Assembly (NCBI RefSeq): GCF_041674905.1
Contig: NZ_JBAYUV010000007.1
Location: 17,183-81,182, forward strand
DNA: 64,000 nucleotides
Direction: 5' to 3'
Origin: Hyphomicrobium sp.
GTDB lineage: Bacteria > Pseudomonadota > Alphaproteobacteria > Rhizobiales > Hyphomicrobiaceae
The position numbers and the translations under genes were made by a program. The notes under the pieces were generated by a model. That model was not told where the DNA came from. It ran no database searches and saw only the letters and a list, made by a program, of their open reading frames with translations. How positions within the stretch are numbered: position 1 is the stretch's first letter; each line of letters starts with the position of its first letter. Of the stretch, positions 29,392 through 40,537 are shown piece after piece.

Positions 29392-30009
29392 GTGGATGCA
29401 TTGGTCACACCACTGAACAAGTGCTTGCGGGTTGAGGCCAACGACGACGCACTCGAACGCTCCGACGTCGAAGCGGCATTCCGCACCATTATTCGATGGG
29501 CGGGAGACGATCCGGACCGGCCCGGCCTCGCCGAAACGCCGTCGCGCATGTCGCGAGCGTTCGAAGAATTTTTCTCAGGCTACCGGCAAGACCCGGCGGA
29601 AATTCTTCAGAAGACCTTCGAAGAAATCGAAGGCTACGACGAGATGGTCATGCTTCGCGGCATCCGCTTCGAAAGTCATTGCGAGCACCATCTCGCTCCG
29701 ATCGTCGGACGCGCCTGGATCGCTTACGTTCCGCGCGGGCGCGTCGTCGGAATCAGCAAGCTCGCCCGTGTCGTCGACGCTTATGCGAAACGACTGCAGA
29801 TCCAGGAAAAAATGACGGCGCAGATCGCCAATGCCATCGAGAGCGCGCTGCAGCCGAAAGGTGTCGGCGTCATCATCAAGGCAACGCATCATTGCATGAC
29901 GACGCGCGGCGTGCACAAGCCGGATACCGATCTCGTCACCAGCCGCATGCTCGGGTGTTTTCGCGACAATCCGATCAAGCGCCAGGAGCTTCTCTCGCTC
30001 GTCGACTAG
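29392..30009 (+). CDS. folE: GTP cyclohydrolase I (FolE type)
   Basis: FESHCEHHLAPIVGRAWIAYVP, RLQIQEKMT and HHCMTTRGV. GTG start behind AGGAGA. Confidence 0.9.
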   Translation: MDALVTPLNKCLRVEANDDALERSDVEAAFRTIIRWAGDDPDRPGLAETPSRMSRAFEEFFSGYRQDPAEILQKTFEEIEGYDEMVMLRGIRFESHCEHHLAPIVGRAWIAYVPRGRVVGISKLARVVDAYAKRLQIQEKMTAQIANAIESALQPKGVGVIIKATHHCMTTRGVHKPDTDLVTSRMLGCFRDNPIKRQELLSLVD

Positions 30010-30015
30010 CCTTCC

Positions 30016-31029
30016 TCATTTCGCGGTTTTTACTGGGATCGTCACGACAACCGCGGTGCCGGGCGTGCGCGGCTCGGTCGTGATCTTGCTTTCGAGTTGC
30101 GCTGCCAGCATCTGGATCAGTCGGCTCCCTGTCCCGCGTTGAGAGACAGTAGCCGCTGTTCCAACCCCATTGTCGGCGATCGTCAGCGTGTACGTATCGT
30201 CGGTGCGCACGAAACGTATGCCGATCGCGCCCGAACGATCATCAGGGAACGCATGCTTAGTTGCGTTCGTCACGGATTCGTTCAGAATCAAGCCGAGGGG
30301 GACGGCCTTTTCAATGCTGATCAAATGGCTTTCGGCGTCGCATTGCAGAGCTACGGGACGCGACGCCAACCGCGAGAGCCGCAGATCGTCACACAGTTCG
30401 CTAATGTAGGATTTGGTATCGACGACGACACGGTGGTTATGGATCTGAAAACGACGATGGACGCGTGCAATCGCCTGCACACGGTCGGCCGCCGAAACCA
30501 ATGCGTCGTGCGCGGCGCCGTCCAACGAACGAGCCTGCATATTCAAAAGCGTTATGACGTTGGCAAGGTCGTTGCGCGTTCGATGCGAAAGCTCTTCGAG
30601 CAGAACCTCGCGATCTTTGACGGCCGTTTGCGCGCGCTCATGCTCGATAGCGAGATTGACCAAACCTACGTGCAGCGCCTCCACCACGGCGGCGATAATG
30701 AATCCAACAATGACGAACAGCGCGAGCGAGATCTGATCATCGCCGCTCGCGACGGCTAGTGAACCGACTGGAGGCAACACGTAATGATCGACGACGGCCG
30801 CACTCAATAGGGTAGCGAAAAATCCATTGCCACTATCCAGAAGCGCCCCGGACGCAAAGATAATCGGAATAAAAATCAAATACGGATAGCGCTGCGTATT
30901 CGCGTCCGTGTGCATCCATGCCCACATCAAGACAAGGACGGCCGATGCGGTAATCAGATAGCGGATCGCCACCGGCATTTTTCGGGAAGCAAGAGCGAGG
31001 GAATGCAGACTACCAATCCAGCCGGTCAT
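30016..31029 (-). CDS. Membrane sensor histidine kinase, HWE/HisKA_2 type
   Basis: About 5 N-terminal TM segments, H-box ELSHRTRNDLANV, N-box ESVTNATKHAF and G-box ADNGVG. No response regulator gene is adjacent. Confidence 0.8.
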   Translation of the reverse strand: MTGWIGSLHSLALASRKMPVAIRYLITASAVLVLMWAWMHTDANTQRYPYLIFIPIIFASGALLDSGNGFFATLLSAAVVDHYVLPPVGSLAVASGDDQISLALFVIVGFIIAAVVEALHVGLVNLAIEHERAQTAVKDREVLLEELSHRTRNDLANVITLLNMQARSLDGAAHDALVSAADRVQAIARVHRRFQIHNHRVVVDTKSYISELCDDLRLSRLASRPVALQCDAESHLISIEKAVPLGLILNESVTNATKHAFPDDRSGAIGIRFVRTDDTYTLTIADNGVGTAATVSQRGTGSRLIQMLAAQLESKITTEPRTPGTAVVVTIPVKTAK

Positions 31030-31234
31030 GGAGCCTCAACGCCGATTAAGCCCAATCAGTTCACATCCTGCAGATCGCAACGGGTTTCCGTCCGGCAACC
31101 TCAGTCCCAGTTCTCAGCGAAGACGAACACGAAGGATCACATTTACGTTAGTTTTCAATATTCTACCTCAAAACACCTTGCTCATCTCAGATGGCCAGCC
31201 ATCATCGCGCGAACTCAAGACGGAGATCACCGAT

Positions 31235-31741
31235 ATGCGCATTTTATCGTGCGGGGCTTCCCTGGTCCTGGCAGCACTCGGCGTCTCGCCGTCGTTTGCT
31301 AATCCGCAAGCGTTCGAAGACAACAAATTGCACCTCAAAGCCTGCGACGGCAATCATGTCACCGTCCGCTGGCTCGGTGACGATTTCAAGGTTGCGCTGT
31401 TCGGAAAAGCCACGGGCGCGGCGCAGGATTCGTTGAAATTGCTCGGCTGGGACGGCAACTGCCAGAACGTCACGTGGGACAAGGCCGAGGCATCGTTTGC
31501 CATCGGCGATGGGAGTGCAGCGAAGCCGTCGTCGTTCCTGAAATACGTGGCCGAAGACGATTCGAAATGGATTGGCGCACGTAATGGCGACGGCTTTTTC
31601 GTAACGCGCGTCGGGAAACAAGGCGAAGGCATCTCGAACGCTCGACTCGCGGAAATCGCCGATTGGCTGAAGCGGACGAGCCCGGAATTCACGCCCGGCG
31701 CAGCGCTGGCGAAAGAATTGTCCGTCGCGGCGGGGGATTAG
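31235..31741 (+). CDS. Hypothetical secreted protein (168 aa)
   Basis: Internal ATG of ORF 31028..31741 with signal peptide MRILSCGASLVLAALGVSPSFA. No family recognised. Confidence 0.5.
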   Translation: MRILSCGASLVLAALGVSPSFANPQAFEDNKLHLKACDGNHVTVRWLGDDFKVALFGKATGAAQDSLKLLGWDGNCQNVTWDKAEASFAIGDGSAAKPSSFLKYVAEDDSKWIGARNGDGFFVTRVGKQGEGISNARLAEIADWLKRTSPEFTPGAALAKELSVAAGD

Positions 31742-32022
31742 GCCGTTTCGGCAGATTTGAGCTTGGTCCCTGATCGTGTGCCGGTTTTTCAGGCACGGGC
31801 ACGCCTGCGCCTGCCCGAAAAGCAGCTAATTCGGCGATTTCACGCATCTTAGGCTTGCAACCGAAGGTGTTTTTTTCCATAGTAGGGGTGATCGAGCTTC
31901 GCTGGAACGACTTTGGCCTCGCTGCGAAGTGCGCGCCTGATACGGACTTCCAAAAAAATCTCGACCGTTTATCCCGGCATTTCGCCGGGGTAGAGCGCAT
32001 GTTTAGACAAGGATTTTTATTT

Positions 32023-32232
32023 ATGCAGACAGGAACCGTGAAATGGTTCAACAGCCAAAAGGGCTTTGGCTTCATCCAGCCGGATGAGGGCGGCAATGAT
32101 GTGTTCGTGCACATCAGCGCAGTCGAGCGGGCCGGGCTGAATGGTCTCAACGAAGGTCAGAAAGTGTCCTTCGATATCGTGGCCGATCGCCGTAGCGGTA
32201 AGTCTTCGGCCGACAATCTTCGGGCCGTATAA
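32023..32232 (+). CDS. cspA: Cold-shock protein, CspA family
   Basis: 69 aa: [34 protein letters not shown], with the RNP1 and RNP2 motifs. About 280 nt of upstream non-coding leader. Confidence 0.92.
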   Translation: MQTGTVKWFNSQKGFGFIQPDEGGNDVFVHISAVERAGLNGLNEGQKVSFDIVADRRSGKSSADNLRAV

Positions 32233-32356
32233 GTCCAGATGTCGGAGCCTCAGCCCCGGTTCGCGAGGATTGGGGCAATGGCTATATCAATGAAACCCGC
32301 GCCTGCTCTGCCAGTCGCGGGTTTTGCTTGTTTTCGAGATCGAAGGAGCTGTTGCC

Positions 32357-32581
32357 ATGGCGTCACCCCCTAAGTCCGCACCGAGTGCCGCCGCCGTTAA
32401 ATTGCGCAGGGCACAAGAAGCGTCCCAGGCCATGAAGGATTACGAAGCCCAGCGGCTCGCTGTTCGGGCCAAGACAGAGCGCCTGCGCGCCGAGCGGCTA
32501 GCGCGAGAAGCAGCCGAACCGCCGGCGAAAAAGAAAGAAACGTCGGCCGCAAAACGCGTCAAAGCTGCGAAAACGAAGTAA
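32357..32581 (+). CDS. Hypothetical small basic coiled-coil protein (74 aa)
   Basis: ATG 8 nt after AAGGAG. It has a charged helical sequence (AEASQAMKDYEAQRLAVRAKTERLRAERLAREAAE) and a Lys-rich tail. Confidence 0.45.
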   Translation: MASPPKSAPSAAAVKLRRAQEASQAMKDYEAQRLAVRAKTERLRAERLAREAAEPPAKKKETSAAKRVKAAKTK

Positions 32582-32626
32582 TCTTGCCTGGTTGACGAAG
32601 CGCTGCGGCCATCCGTTGCCCGCGCA

Positions 32627-33247
32627 TCAAACGCTTGCGGTGAGCGCCCACCACACGCCGCCGCTCCATAGGCCGATTTCATCACCGTCCGCGTTCTTCG
32701 CCACGGCGAGCGAGACCAGTTCCATGTAGACGGCGCGCGTGCAGAGCGCTTCGAGGCGGCCGCGCACGAGCACATAAGGTTTGAGGCCGCCATCGGGCTC
32801 GCTCACTGCGAAGCGAAGGGGATGAGTCGCGTCGACGGTCACCACATCGTCGACATTGGTGCGGAAGGTCAGCGCCTGATCGCGGCCTTCACCCGACACC
32901 ACCATCTCGACAGCAAGGAACGGCGCATCGTCGATGTCGACATCGACCTTCTCGGCCGGCGTCACGAGGTAGGTCTTGCCGTCGGCGTCCTTTCTCAGAA
33001 TGCTTGCGAAGAGTTTGGCCAGCGCGATGCGTCCAATCGGGCTGCCCTGGTAAAGCCATACGCCATCGCGCCGAATGCTCATGCCGATGCTACCGCAGTA
33101 CGGCGGGTTCCATTTGTCGACCGGGCGCGCACCTGCCTCGCCGCTTTCCTTCGCGGCGCGCAGCAACGCATCCAATGCGGTGGAGGAAGATGCGGACGTT
33201 TCTTTCATGGCGGCAAATTCATGAGATTTATCCGGCATCTGTCGCAA
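32627..33247 (-). CDS. DUF1285 domain-containing protein
   Basis: WNPPYCGSIGMSIRRDGVWLYQGSPIGRIALAKLFASIL...YLVTPAEKVDVDIDDAPFLAV matches my recollection of DUF1285. It is divergent from moxR. Confidence 0.78.
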   Translation of the reverse strand: MRQMPDKSHEFAAMKETSASSSTALDALLRAAKESGEAGARPVDKWNPPYCGSIGMSIRRDGVWLYQGSPIGRIALAKLFASILRKDADGKTYLVTPAEKVDVDIDDAPFLAVEMVVSGEGRDQALTFRTNVDDVVTVDATHPLRFAVSEPDGGLKPYVLVRGRLEALCTRAVYMELVSLAVAKNADGDEIGLWSGGVWWALTASV

Positions 33248-33416
33248 GGCTTCGGGACGGCGAATTGCTATCTTATCCTAACGTAACATTCACTTGACCC
33301 TAGGAGGACCCGGCGGGATCGTCTAGGCTCAGGCGCTGCCGGGAACGCCATAGCTCGGCCCTTCGTTTCCCTATGCGAAATCTGCGCGAAACCTGCCCAG
33401 CGAGGCCATTCATTCC

Positions 33417-34415
<999 letters not shown>

Positions 34416-34421
34416 TCGCGA

Positions 34422-35393
34422 ATGGCGGGCGCCCGCGCGCAAGGTTCCGGCATCACCACTGAGAGCCGGCAGGTTCTGGCGCTCGAACGCGAGGCGGTCG
34501 ATCTCGTCGATCGCATGCCGGAGTTGCTGATGGAGGCGGACCGCATCGCGTCGACCGTTGCGCAGGGTATTCACGGACGGCGACGCGCAGGCCCCGGCGA
34601 GACGTTCTGGCAATTCCGGCAATACCAGCCGGGCGAAAACGCGACGCTCGTCGACTGGCGGCGCTCCGCGAGTTCCGATCACTTGTATATCCGCGAGCGC
34701 GAATGGGAGGCGGCGCATACGCTGCATCTCTGGCCCGACATTTCTCCGTCGATGAATTTTCAGAGCCACATCGCGCCGGTTTCAAAACGCGACCGCGTGC
34801 TGGTGCTGACGCTGGCGGCGGCCGAACTTTTGGTGCGTGGCGGCGAACGCGTCGCGCTTCTGGCGCAGACGTCGCCAACCGCGAGCCGTAATGCCGCGAC
34901 GCGCATCGCCGAGACGATTGCCGGACACAGCCGTTCCGAAGCGATGAACACCGGCCTGCCGCCAAAGGCTTCGCTCAGCCGGTTTTCGGGGCTCATTCTT
35001 TTCAGCGATTTCCTGTCACCGCCGCACGTCATCCGCGAACGGCTCGAAGGTTTCGCAGGCAACGGCGTTGCCGGGCATATGGTGCAAGTGCTCGATCCGG
35101 CGGAAGAGACGCTGCCCTATCACGGGCGCACGGAATTCCTGAGCCCGTCCGGCGGCGAACGATGGGTGGCGGATCGCGTCGAAGCACTGCGGCCGAAATA
35201 TCGTGCGCGTTTCGAAGCGCATCGCGCCGAGCTTACCGAGATGGCGAAGCGGTTCGGCTGGTCGTTCCTGACGCATCACACCGACAGGCCCGCGTCGGAA
35301 CCGCTGCTGTCGCTGCTGATGCGGCTCCAGGGTTCAACAAGCGGCTATAAGTGGATGGCGGGAAGCTCGGATGCGACGGAGCGTGCGCCATGA
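34422..35393 (+). CDS. DUF58 domain-containing protein (MoxR partner, vWA-like fold)
   Basis: FWQFRQYQPGENATLVDWRRSA motif typical of DUF58. It starts 7 nt after the moxR stop, and its stop overlaps the next start (ATGA). Confidence 0.85.
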   Translation: MAGARAQGSGITTESRQVLALEREAVDLVDRMPELLMEADRIASTVAQGIHGRRRAGPGETFWQFRQYQPGENATLVDWRRSASSDHLYIREREWEAAHTLHLWPDISPSMNFQSHIAPVSKRDRVLVLTLAAAELLVRGGERVALLAQTSPTASRNAATRIAETIAGHSRSEAMNTGLPPKASLSRFSGLILFSDFLSPPHVIRERLEGFAGNGVAGHMVQVLDPAEETLPYHGRTEFLSPSGGERWVADRVEALRPKYRARFEAHRAELTEMAKRFGWSFLTHHTDRPASEPLLSLLMRLQGSTSGYKWMAGSSDATERAP

Positions 35394-38368
35394 GCTTCGG
35401 TCCGCTGGCGTTTCTCAATCCCTGGCTGCTGGCGGCGCTCGTGACGCTGCCGATCATCTATTGGCTGTTGCGCGCCGTGCCACCGCGCCCGACGCAAATT
35501 CAGTTTCCGCCGACGCGCATTCTCGTCGGGCTCGATAATGACGAGAAGACCGCGGAAAAGACTCCGTGGTGGCTGACGCTCATCCGGCTGATCGCGGCGA
35601 CGCTCGTCATCCTGGCGCTGGCGGAACCCATTCTCAATCCGTCGCGCGACGCGGCGCTGTCGGGCGAAGGGCCCGTGGTGGTATTCGTCGACAACGGCTG
35701 GTCGTCGGCATCGCGTTGGCCGGACCGCATCGCGATGATCGATCGCATCATCGGAGAGGCGGAGAGCAAAGGACGCCCGGTGATCGTTGCGGGAACGGCG
35801 GCGGCCACGCGACTGCCGGTTCTCAAAATTCAATCTCCGGCGGAAGCACGAAGCACGGCTGCGGCGCTGGTGCCGGAGCCCTTCGCGCCCGATCGCGGCG
35901 CGGCCACCGACGCGCTTCAAAAGGCGCTCGATGAAGCGGGCGTCAAAAATCCGAGCATCGTCTGGCTGCAAGACGGCATCGATCACAAGTCGGATGTCGC
36001 TGGGGTCGCCGAGAAACTTGCCGACATGGCGGGCAACGGCACGTTTGCCGTGCTCGACGAGGCGCAGGGTCGCGAAGCGCTCGGACTTGCGGCGCACCTC
36101 GGCGAAAAGGGAAAGCTTGAGGCGACCGTTTTATCGCCGGGCGGTCCGGCGCGCGCGGGCAGCGTGTATGCGTATTCCGCGCGCAGCGAGCGGCTCGGCG
36201 AGGCGCCGTTCAAACTCGCGGCAGGCGAGCGCTCGACGACCGTCGTGTTCGAGTTGCCGCTCGAATTGCGCAATCAGGTGGCGCGGCTTGAAATCGCGAG
36301 CGAGCGCTCGGCGGGAACGGTCAGCCTGATCGATGCGGCGACGCAGTGGCATCGCGTCGGACTTCTGTCAGGCGAAAGCCGCGAGGAGGCGCAGCCGCTG
36401 CTGGCGCCGCTCTACTACATCGAGAAGGCGTTGAAGCCTTACGCCGATCTCGCGATCGCAAAGAACGCCAACCTTTCCGATGGGCTCGATGCCGTCTTCA
36501 AGCAGAACATCTCGGTGCTGATGCTGGCGGACATCGGCACACTGACGGGCGAAACGGCGAAGAAGGTCGATGACTTCGTGCAGCGCGGCGGCCTTCTGGT
36601 ACGCTTCGCCGGTCCGCGTCTCGAAAAGGCTGGCGACGATCTGCTGCCCGTCGCGCTCCGAAGCGGCGGCCGCTCGCTTGGCGGGGCGCTCTCATGGTCG
36701 ACACCGCAACCGCTCGCGGGATTTGACGAGAACAGTCCGTTCGCCGGTCTCGCCATTCCGAAAGATGTGACGATCAACCGGCAGGTGCTGGCCGACCCGG
36801 CCGAGCTCACACCCGAGATCGAGATCTGGGCGCGGCTCAAGGACGGGACGCCGCTCGTTACCGCGGCCAAACACGGCAACGGCCGTCTCGTGCTGTTCCA
36901 CGTCACTGCGAATTCCGACTGGTCGAACCTGCCCATGTCGGGGCTTTTCGTCGACATGCTTCGCCGTCTCTCGACGATGGGTACGATCGGCGCGGCGGCG
37001 GCGCACAACAGCGCCGCGACGGATGCGAATACCAATGTGAGCGCGACCGAGACGAACGACATCAACGTGCTCGCGCCGATCAGGACGCTCGATGGGTTCG
37101 GGGCGCTTCGCACGCCACCGCCGACGGCGGAACCCGTCAAAGCCTCTGAACTTGAAAAGACCGCGCCGAGCGTCGAGCATCCGCCGGGCTATTACGGACA
37201 ACCGGCGAGCCCGCGCGCGCTTAACGTGCTGACGCCGAAAAGCACGCTCATTCCGTTTCCTGGTCTTCCAGCCTCGGTCACCCGCCTCTCCTACGACAAC
37301 GGCGCGAGCACGGCGCTGAAGCCGACGCTGCTCGGCATCGCGCTCGGATTGCTGTTTGCCGACATTCTCGCGGTTCTCGTTTTGCAGGCGGGCGGACTTG
37401 GCGGGCTGTTCTCTCGCCGTCCGCGTCCCGGTACTGGCGCGGCTGCCGTGCTTGCTCTGGCGGCGCTCGCGGCTACGGCATTTCCGGAAAACGTCCGAGC
37501 ACAAGATTTCTCGCCGCAGGATTTCCGGCAACCGGACATTCAACAGCTCGACTCGTTCGCGCCGCGCCCGCCGATGGACAGCACGCAGGTCGTCCGCTCA
37601 GGCAACCTTTCGGCGGCCGACAAAGCCGCCATCGAGGCGACGAGCAAAGTCACGATCGGCTACGTCGTCAGCGGCGATCGCACGACGGATGAAACGAGCC
37701 GCGCGGGCCTCGAAGGACTGGGACGCGTGCTGCAAACGCGGACAGCCGTCGAGCCGGGCGAACCGAAGCCCGTCGATATCAAGAAGGACGAGATTGCTTT
37801 CTATCCAGTTCTGTATTGGCCGGTGCTTGAAACTGCGGAAGCCCTTCCCGACGCGGTGATCGCCAAGATCGACGCCTACATGAAGGAAGGCGGCCTCATC
37901 ATTTTCGACACGCGCGACTATGGCCAGGGCGGCAGCAGCACGTTGCCGCTCGCGGGCAAAAGCGGATCTGCGTTGCAGCGGCTGCTGAGCAAGCTCGACG
38001 TGCCGCCGCTCGAACCGGTTCCGGAAAATCATGTCGTCACGAAGTCGTTCTATCTGCTGCGGTCGTTCCCCGGCCGCTGGGACGGCGGGCAGCTCTGGGT
38101 CGAGGCGATCCCGAACAACGACAACGACACGCACAAGGCGCGCGTTTCCGACGGCGTCACATCGATCATGATCACGTCGAACGATCTGGCGGCGGCCTGG
38201 GCGCTCGACGAGCGCGGCCGGCCGATTTACCCGACGGTTCCGGGCGGCGAGATGCAGCGGGAAATGGCGTTTCGCGGCGGCATCAACATTGTCATGCACG
38301 CGCTGACAGGCAACTACAAAGCCGACCAGGTGCACGTGCCGGCGCTGCTCGAACGCTTGGGGCAATAG
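35390..38368 (+). CDS. Large membrane protein with a BatA-type N-terminal double-TM domain and a C-terminal DUF4159 domain
   Basis: The N-terminus MSFGPLAFLNPWLLAALVTLPIIYWLLR is the aerotolerance-regulator N-terminal motif. The C-terminus reads ...LTGNYKADQVHVPALLERLGQ (DUF4159-like). ~992 aa. Confidence 0.78.
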   Translation: MSFGPLAFLNPWLLAALVTLPIIYWLLRAVPPRPTQIQFPPTRILVGLDNDEKTAEKTPWWLTLIRLIAATLVILALAEPILNPSRDAALSGEGPVVVFVDNGWSSASRWPDRIAMIDRIIGEAESKGRPVIVAGTAAATRLPVLKIQSPAEARSTAAALVPEPFAPDRGAATDALQKALDEAGVKNPSIVWLQDGIDHKSDVAGVAEKLADMAGNGTFAVLDEAQGREALGLAAHLGEKGKLEATVLSPGGPARAGSVYAYSARSERLGEAPFKLAAGERSTTVVFELPLELRNQVARLEIASERSAGTVSLIDAATQWHRVGLLSGESREEAQPLLAPLYYIEKALKPYADLAIAKNANLSDGLDAVFKQNISVLMLADIGTLTGETAKKVDDFVQRGGLLVRFAGPRLEKAGDDLLPVALRSGGRSLGGALSWSTPQPLAGFDENSPFAGLAIPKDVTINRQVLADPAELTPEIEIWARLKDGTPLVTAAKHGNGRLVLFHVTANSDWSNLPMSGLFVDMLRRLSTMGTIGAAAAHNSAATDANTNVSATETNDINVLAPIRTLDGFGALRTPPPTAEPVKASELEKTAPSVEHPPGYYGQPASPRALNVLTPKSTLIPFPGLPASVTRLSYDNGASTALKPTLLGIALGLLFADILAVLVLQAGGLGGLFSRRPRPGTGAAAVLALAALAATAFPENVRAQDFSPQDFRQPDIQQLDSFAPRPPMDSTQVVRSGNLSAADKAAIEATSKVTIGYVVSGDRTTDETSRAGLEGLGRVLQTRTAVEPGEPKPVDIKKDEIAFYPVLYWPVLETAEALPDAVIAKIDAYMKEGGLIIFDTRDYGQGGSSTLPLAGKSGSALQRLLSKLDVPPLEPVPENHVVTKSFYLLRSFPGRWDGGQLWVEAIPNNDNDTHKARVSDGVTSIMITSNDLAAAWALDERGRPIYPTVPGGEMQREMAFRGGINIVMHALTGNYKADQVHVPALLERLGQ

Positions 38369-38378
38369 AGGACCGAAT

Positions 38379-40514
38379 TTGAACTGGTCGATTACATTCG
38401 CTCCGCTCGTTCCCAATCTGGTGCTGATTGCGCTGGCGGCGGTGGCGCTTGGCCTCGTCATAGCGCTTCTCATGCGGCGGTCGCGCGGGGCGCTGCTACG
38501 GCTCGCGGCGCTGGCGGCGCTGATCGGCGCGCTTCTCAATCCGATCCTGAAAGAAGAGCAGCGCGAGAGCCTCGACAATGTCGCCATCGTCGTGCTCGAC
38601 GAAAGCCCGAGCCAGAAACTCGCCGACCGGTCGCAACAGCTCGAAGCGATCCGCAGCGACATCGAGAAAAAGTTCGCGAGAATCCCGAACCTCAAGATCA
38701 AGTGGGTGACCGGGGGCGTTCCAGGCGAGCAGACGGCGCCGGGAACGAACCTGTTCACCGACCTCAACGCGGCGCTGAGCGACACGGCCCCCGACCGCAT
38801 CGCCGGCGTCGTTTTTGTTTCCGACGGTCAGGTGCACGACGTGCCGAAGTCGGCGGCGGCGCTCGGCTTCGACGCGCCGGTGCATACGCTGCTGACCGGC
38901 AAGCCGGATGAATTCGACCGGCGTATCGAGATCATCGAGGCGCCGCGATACGGGCTCGTCGGGCAATCGCGCCCCATCGAACTTGCCGTGCGCGAGACCG
39001 GCAAAGCTCCGACCTCAGCTTCCGGAGCCGTGACGCTGAAAGTCCGCCGCGAAGGCCAGCCGGACGAAACGGTTCGCACCGAAATCGGCCGCAAGGTCAC
39101 GGTTGACATGCCGATCCCGCACACGGGGACGAACATCGTCGAGATCGAGCTGGCGCCGACACCGGGCGAGCTGACGACCGCCAACAATCGCGCCGTCGTC
39201 GCGGCCGAGGGCGTGCGTGAAAACCTTCGCGTGCTTCTCGTCTCCGGCGAGCCGCATCCGGGCGAACGGACGTGGCGCAATCTTCTGAAATCCGACGCGG
39301 CGGTCGATCTCGTGCACTTCACAATTTTGCGGCCGCCCGAGAAGCAGGACGGAACGCCGATCAATCAGCTGTCGCTGATCGCGTTCCCGACGCGCGAACT
39401 CTTTTCGGAAAAGATCAACGAGTTCGATCTGATCATCTTCGACAGGTACGAGCACCGGGGCATTCTGCAGCTGCTCTACTACGACAACATCGCGCGCTAC
39501 GTCGACGAGCACGGCGGCGCGCTGCTGGTCGCGGCGGGTGACGATTACGCCAGCGCCTACAGCATTTATCATACGCCGCTGTCGTCGGTGCTGCCTGCGG
39601 CTCCGACTGGTCGCGTTCTCGAAATGCCGTTCCGCGCCAAAGTTACGCCCGAAGGCCAGAAGCATCCGGTGACGCAAGGTTTGCCGGGCTGGAACTCGGC
39701 GAAAGTCGCGGACGGGTCTCCGCAGCCGACGTGGGGACGCTGGTTCCGCCAAGCCGAGGTCAACGGCGAGCGCGGCCGCATCATGATGACCGGCGCCGAG
39801 GACAAGCCATTGCTCATTCTCGACCGCAAGGGCAAGGGACGCGTTGCGCTGCTGACGTCCGATCAGGCTTGGCTGTGGGCGCGCGGCTACGATGGCGGCG
39901 GGCCGCATACCGATCTCCTGCGCCGGCTATCGCATTGGCTCATGAAGGAGCCCGACCTCGAGGAAGAGCGGCTCATCGCATCCGCGCGCGGACTGAAACT
40001 GACGGTCGAACGGCGCTCGATGGACGACGCAATCTCGCCGGTGAAAATACTCGGCCCCGGCGGCGATACGACCGATGTCACGCTCACACGCGCGACAGCC
40101 GAGCCCGGTGTCTGGCGTTCGACGATCGATGTCAAACTTCCGGGCCTCTACAAAGCCGAGACTTCGGCTTCGACCGGCGAGTTGACAGCGGTTGCCAACG
40201 CCGGCGTCGAAGACCCGCGTGAAATGAGCGAAGTGACGGCGACGGACAGCAAGATGAAGCCGATCGCGGACGCAACGGGCGGCGGCGTTTTCTGGACGCG
40301 AACGGCAAGCGGAGCCGCGACGGACGTCGACGTGCCGCGCATCTCGATGATGTCGGCGGCAAAAGTCATGGCCGGTTCCGGCTGGCTCGGACTCAAAGAT
40401 CGTCAGGCCTACCTGACGCGCGGCGTCAAGCTGACGCCGATGTTCACCGGGTTCGCGGCGCTTTCGGCGTTGCTGGCCTTGATCGCGCTCGCATGGTGGC
40501 GCGAGGGGCGTTAG
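38379..40514 (+). CDS. Conserved membrane-anchored protein, fourth gene of the MoxR cluster
   Basis: 711 aa with a TTG start 6 nt after GAGGA, two N-terminal TM segments and a C-terminal TM segment. No named domain is recognised by eye. Confidence 0.7.
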   Translation: MNWSITFAPLVPNLVLIALAAVALGLVIALLMRRSRGALLRLAALAALIGALLNPILKEEQRESLDNVAIVVLDESPSQKLADRSQQLEAIRSDIEKKFARIPNLKIKWVTGGVPGEQTAPGTNLFTDLNAALSDTAPDRIAGVVFVSDGQVHDVPKSAAALGFDAPVHTLLTGKPDEFDRRIEIIEAPRYGLVGQSRPIELAVRETGKAPTSASGAVTLKVRREGQPDETVRTEIGRKVTVDMPIPHTGTNIVEIELAPTPGELTTANNRAVVAAEGVRENLRVLLVSGEPHPGERTWRNLLKSDAAVDLVHFTILRPPEKQDGTPINQLSLIAFPTRELFSEKINEFDLIIFDRYEHRGILQLLYYDNIARYVDEHGGALLVAAGDDYASAYSIYHTPLSSVLPAAPTGRVLEMPFRAKVTPEGQKHPVTQGLPGWNSAKVADGSPQPTWGRWFRQAEVNGERGRIMMTGAEDKPLLILDRKGKGRVALLTSDQAWLWARGYDGGGPHTDLLRRLSHWLMKEPDLEEERLIASARGLKLTVERRSMDDAISPVKILGPGGDTTDVTLTRATAEPGVWRSTIDVKLPGLYKAETSASTGELTAVANAGVEDPREMSEVTATDSKMKPIADATGGGVFWTRTASGAATDVDVPRISMMSAAKVMAGSGWLGLKDRQAYLTRGVKLTPMFTGFAALSALLALIALAWWREGR

Positions 40515-40537
40515 CTCGCTCCAGAGCCGGAGGAACA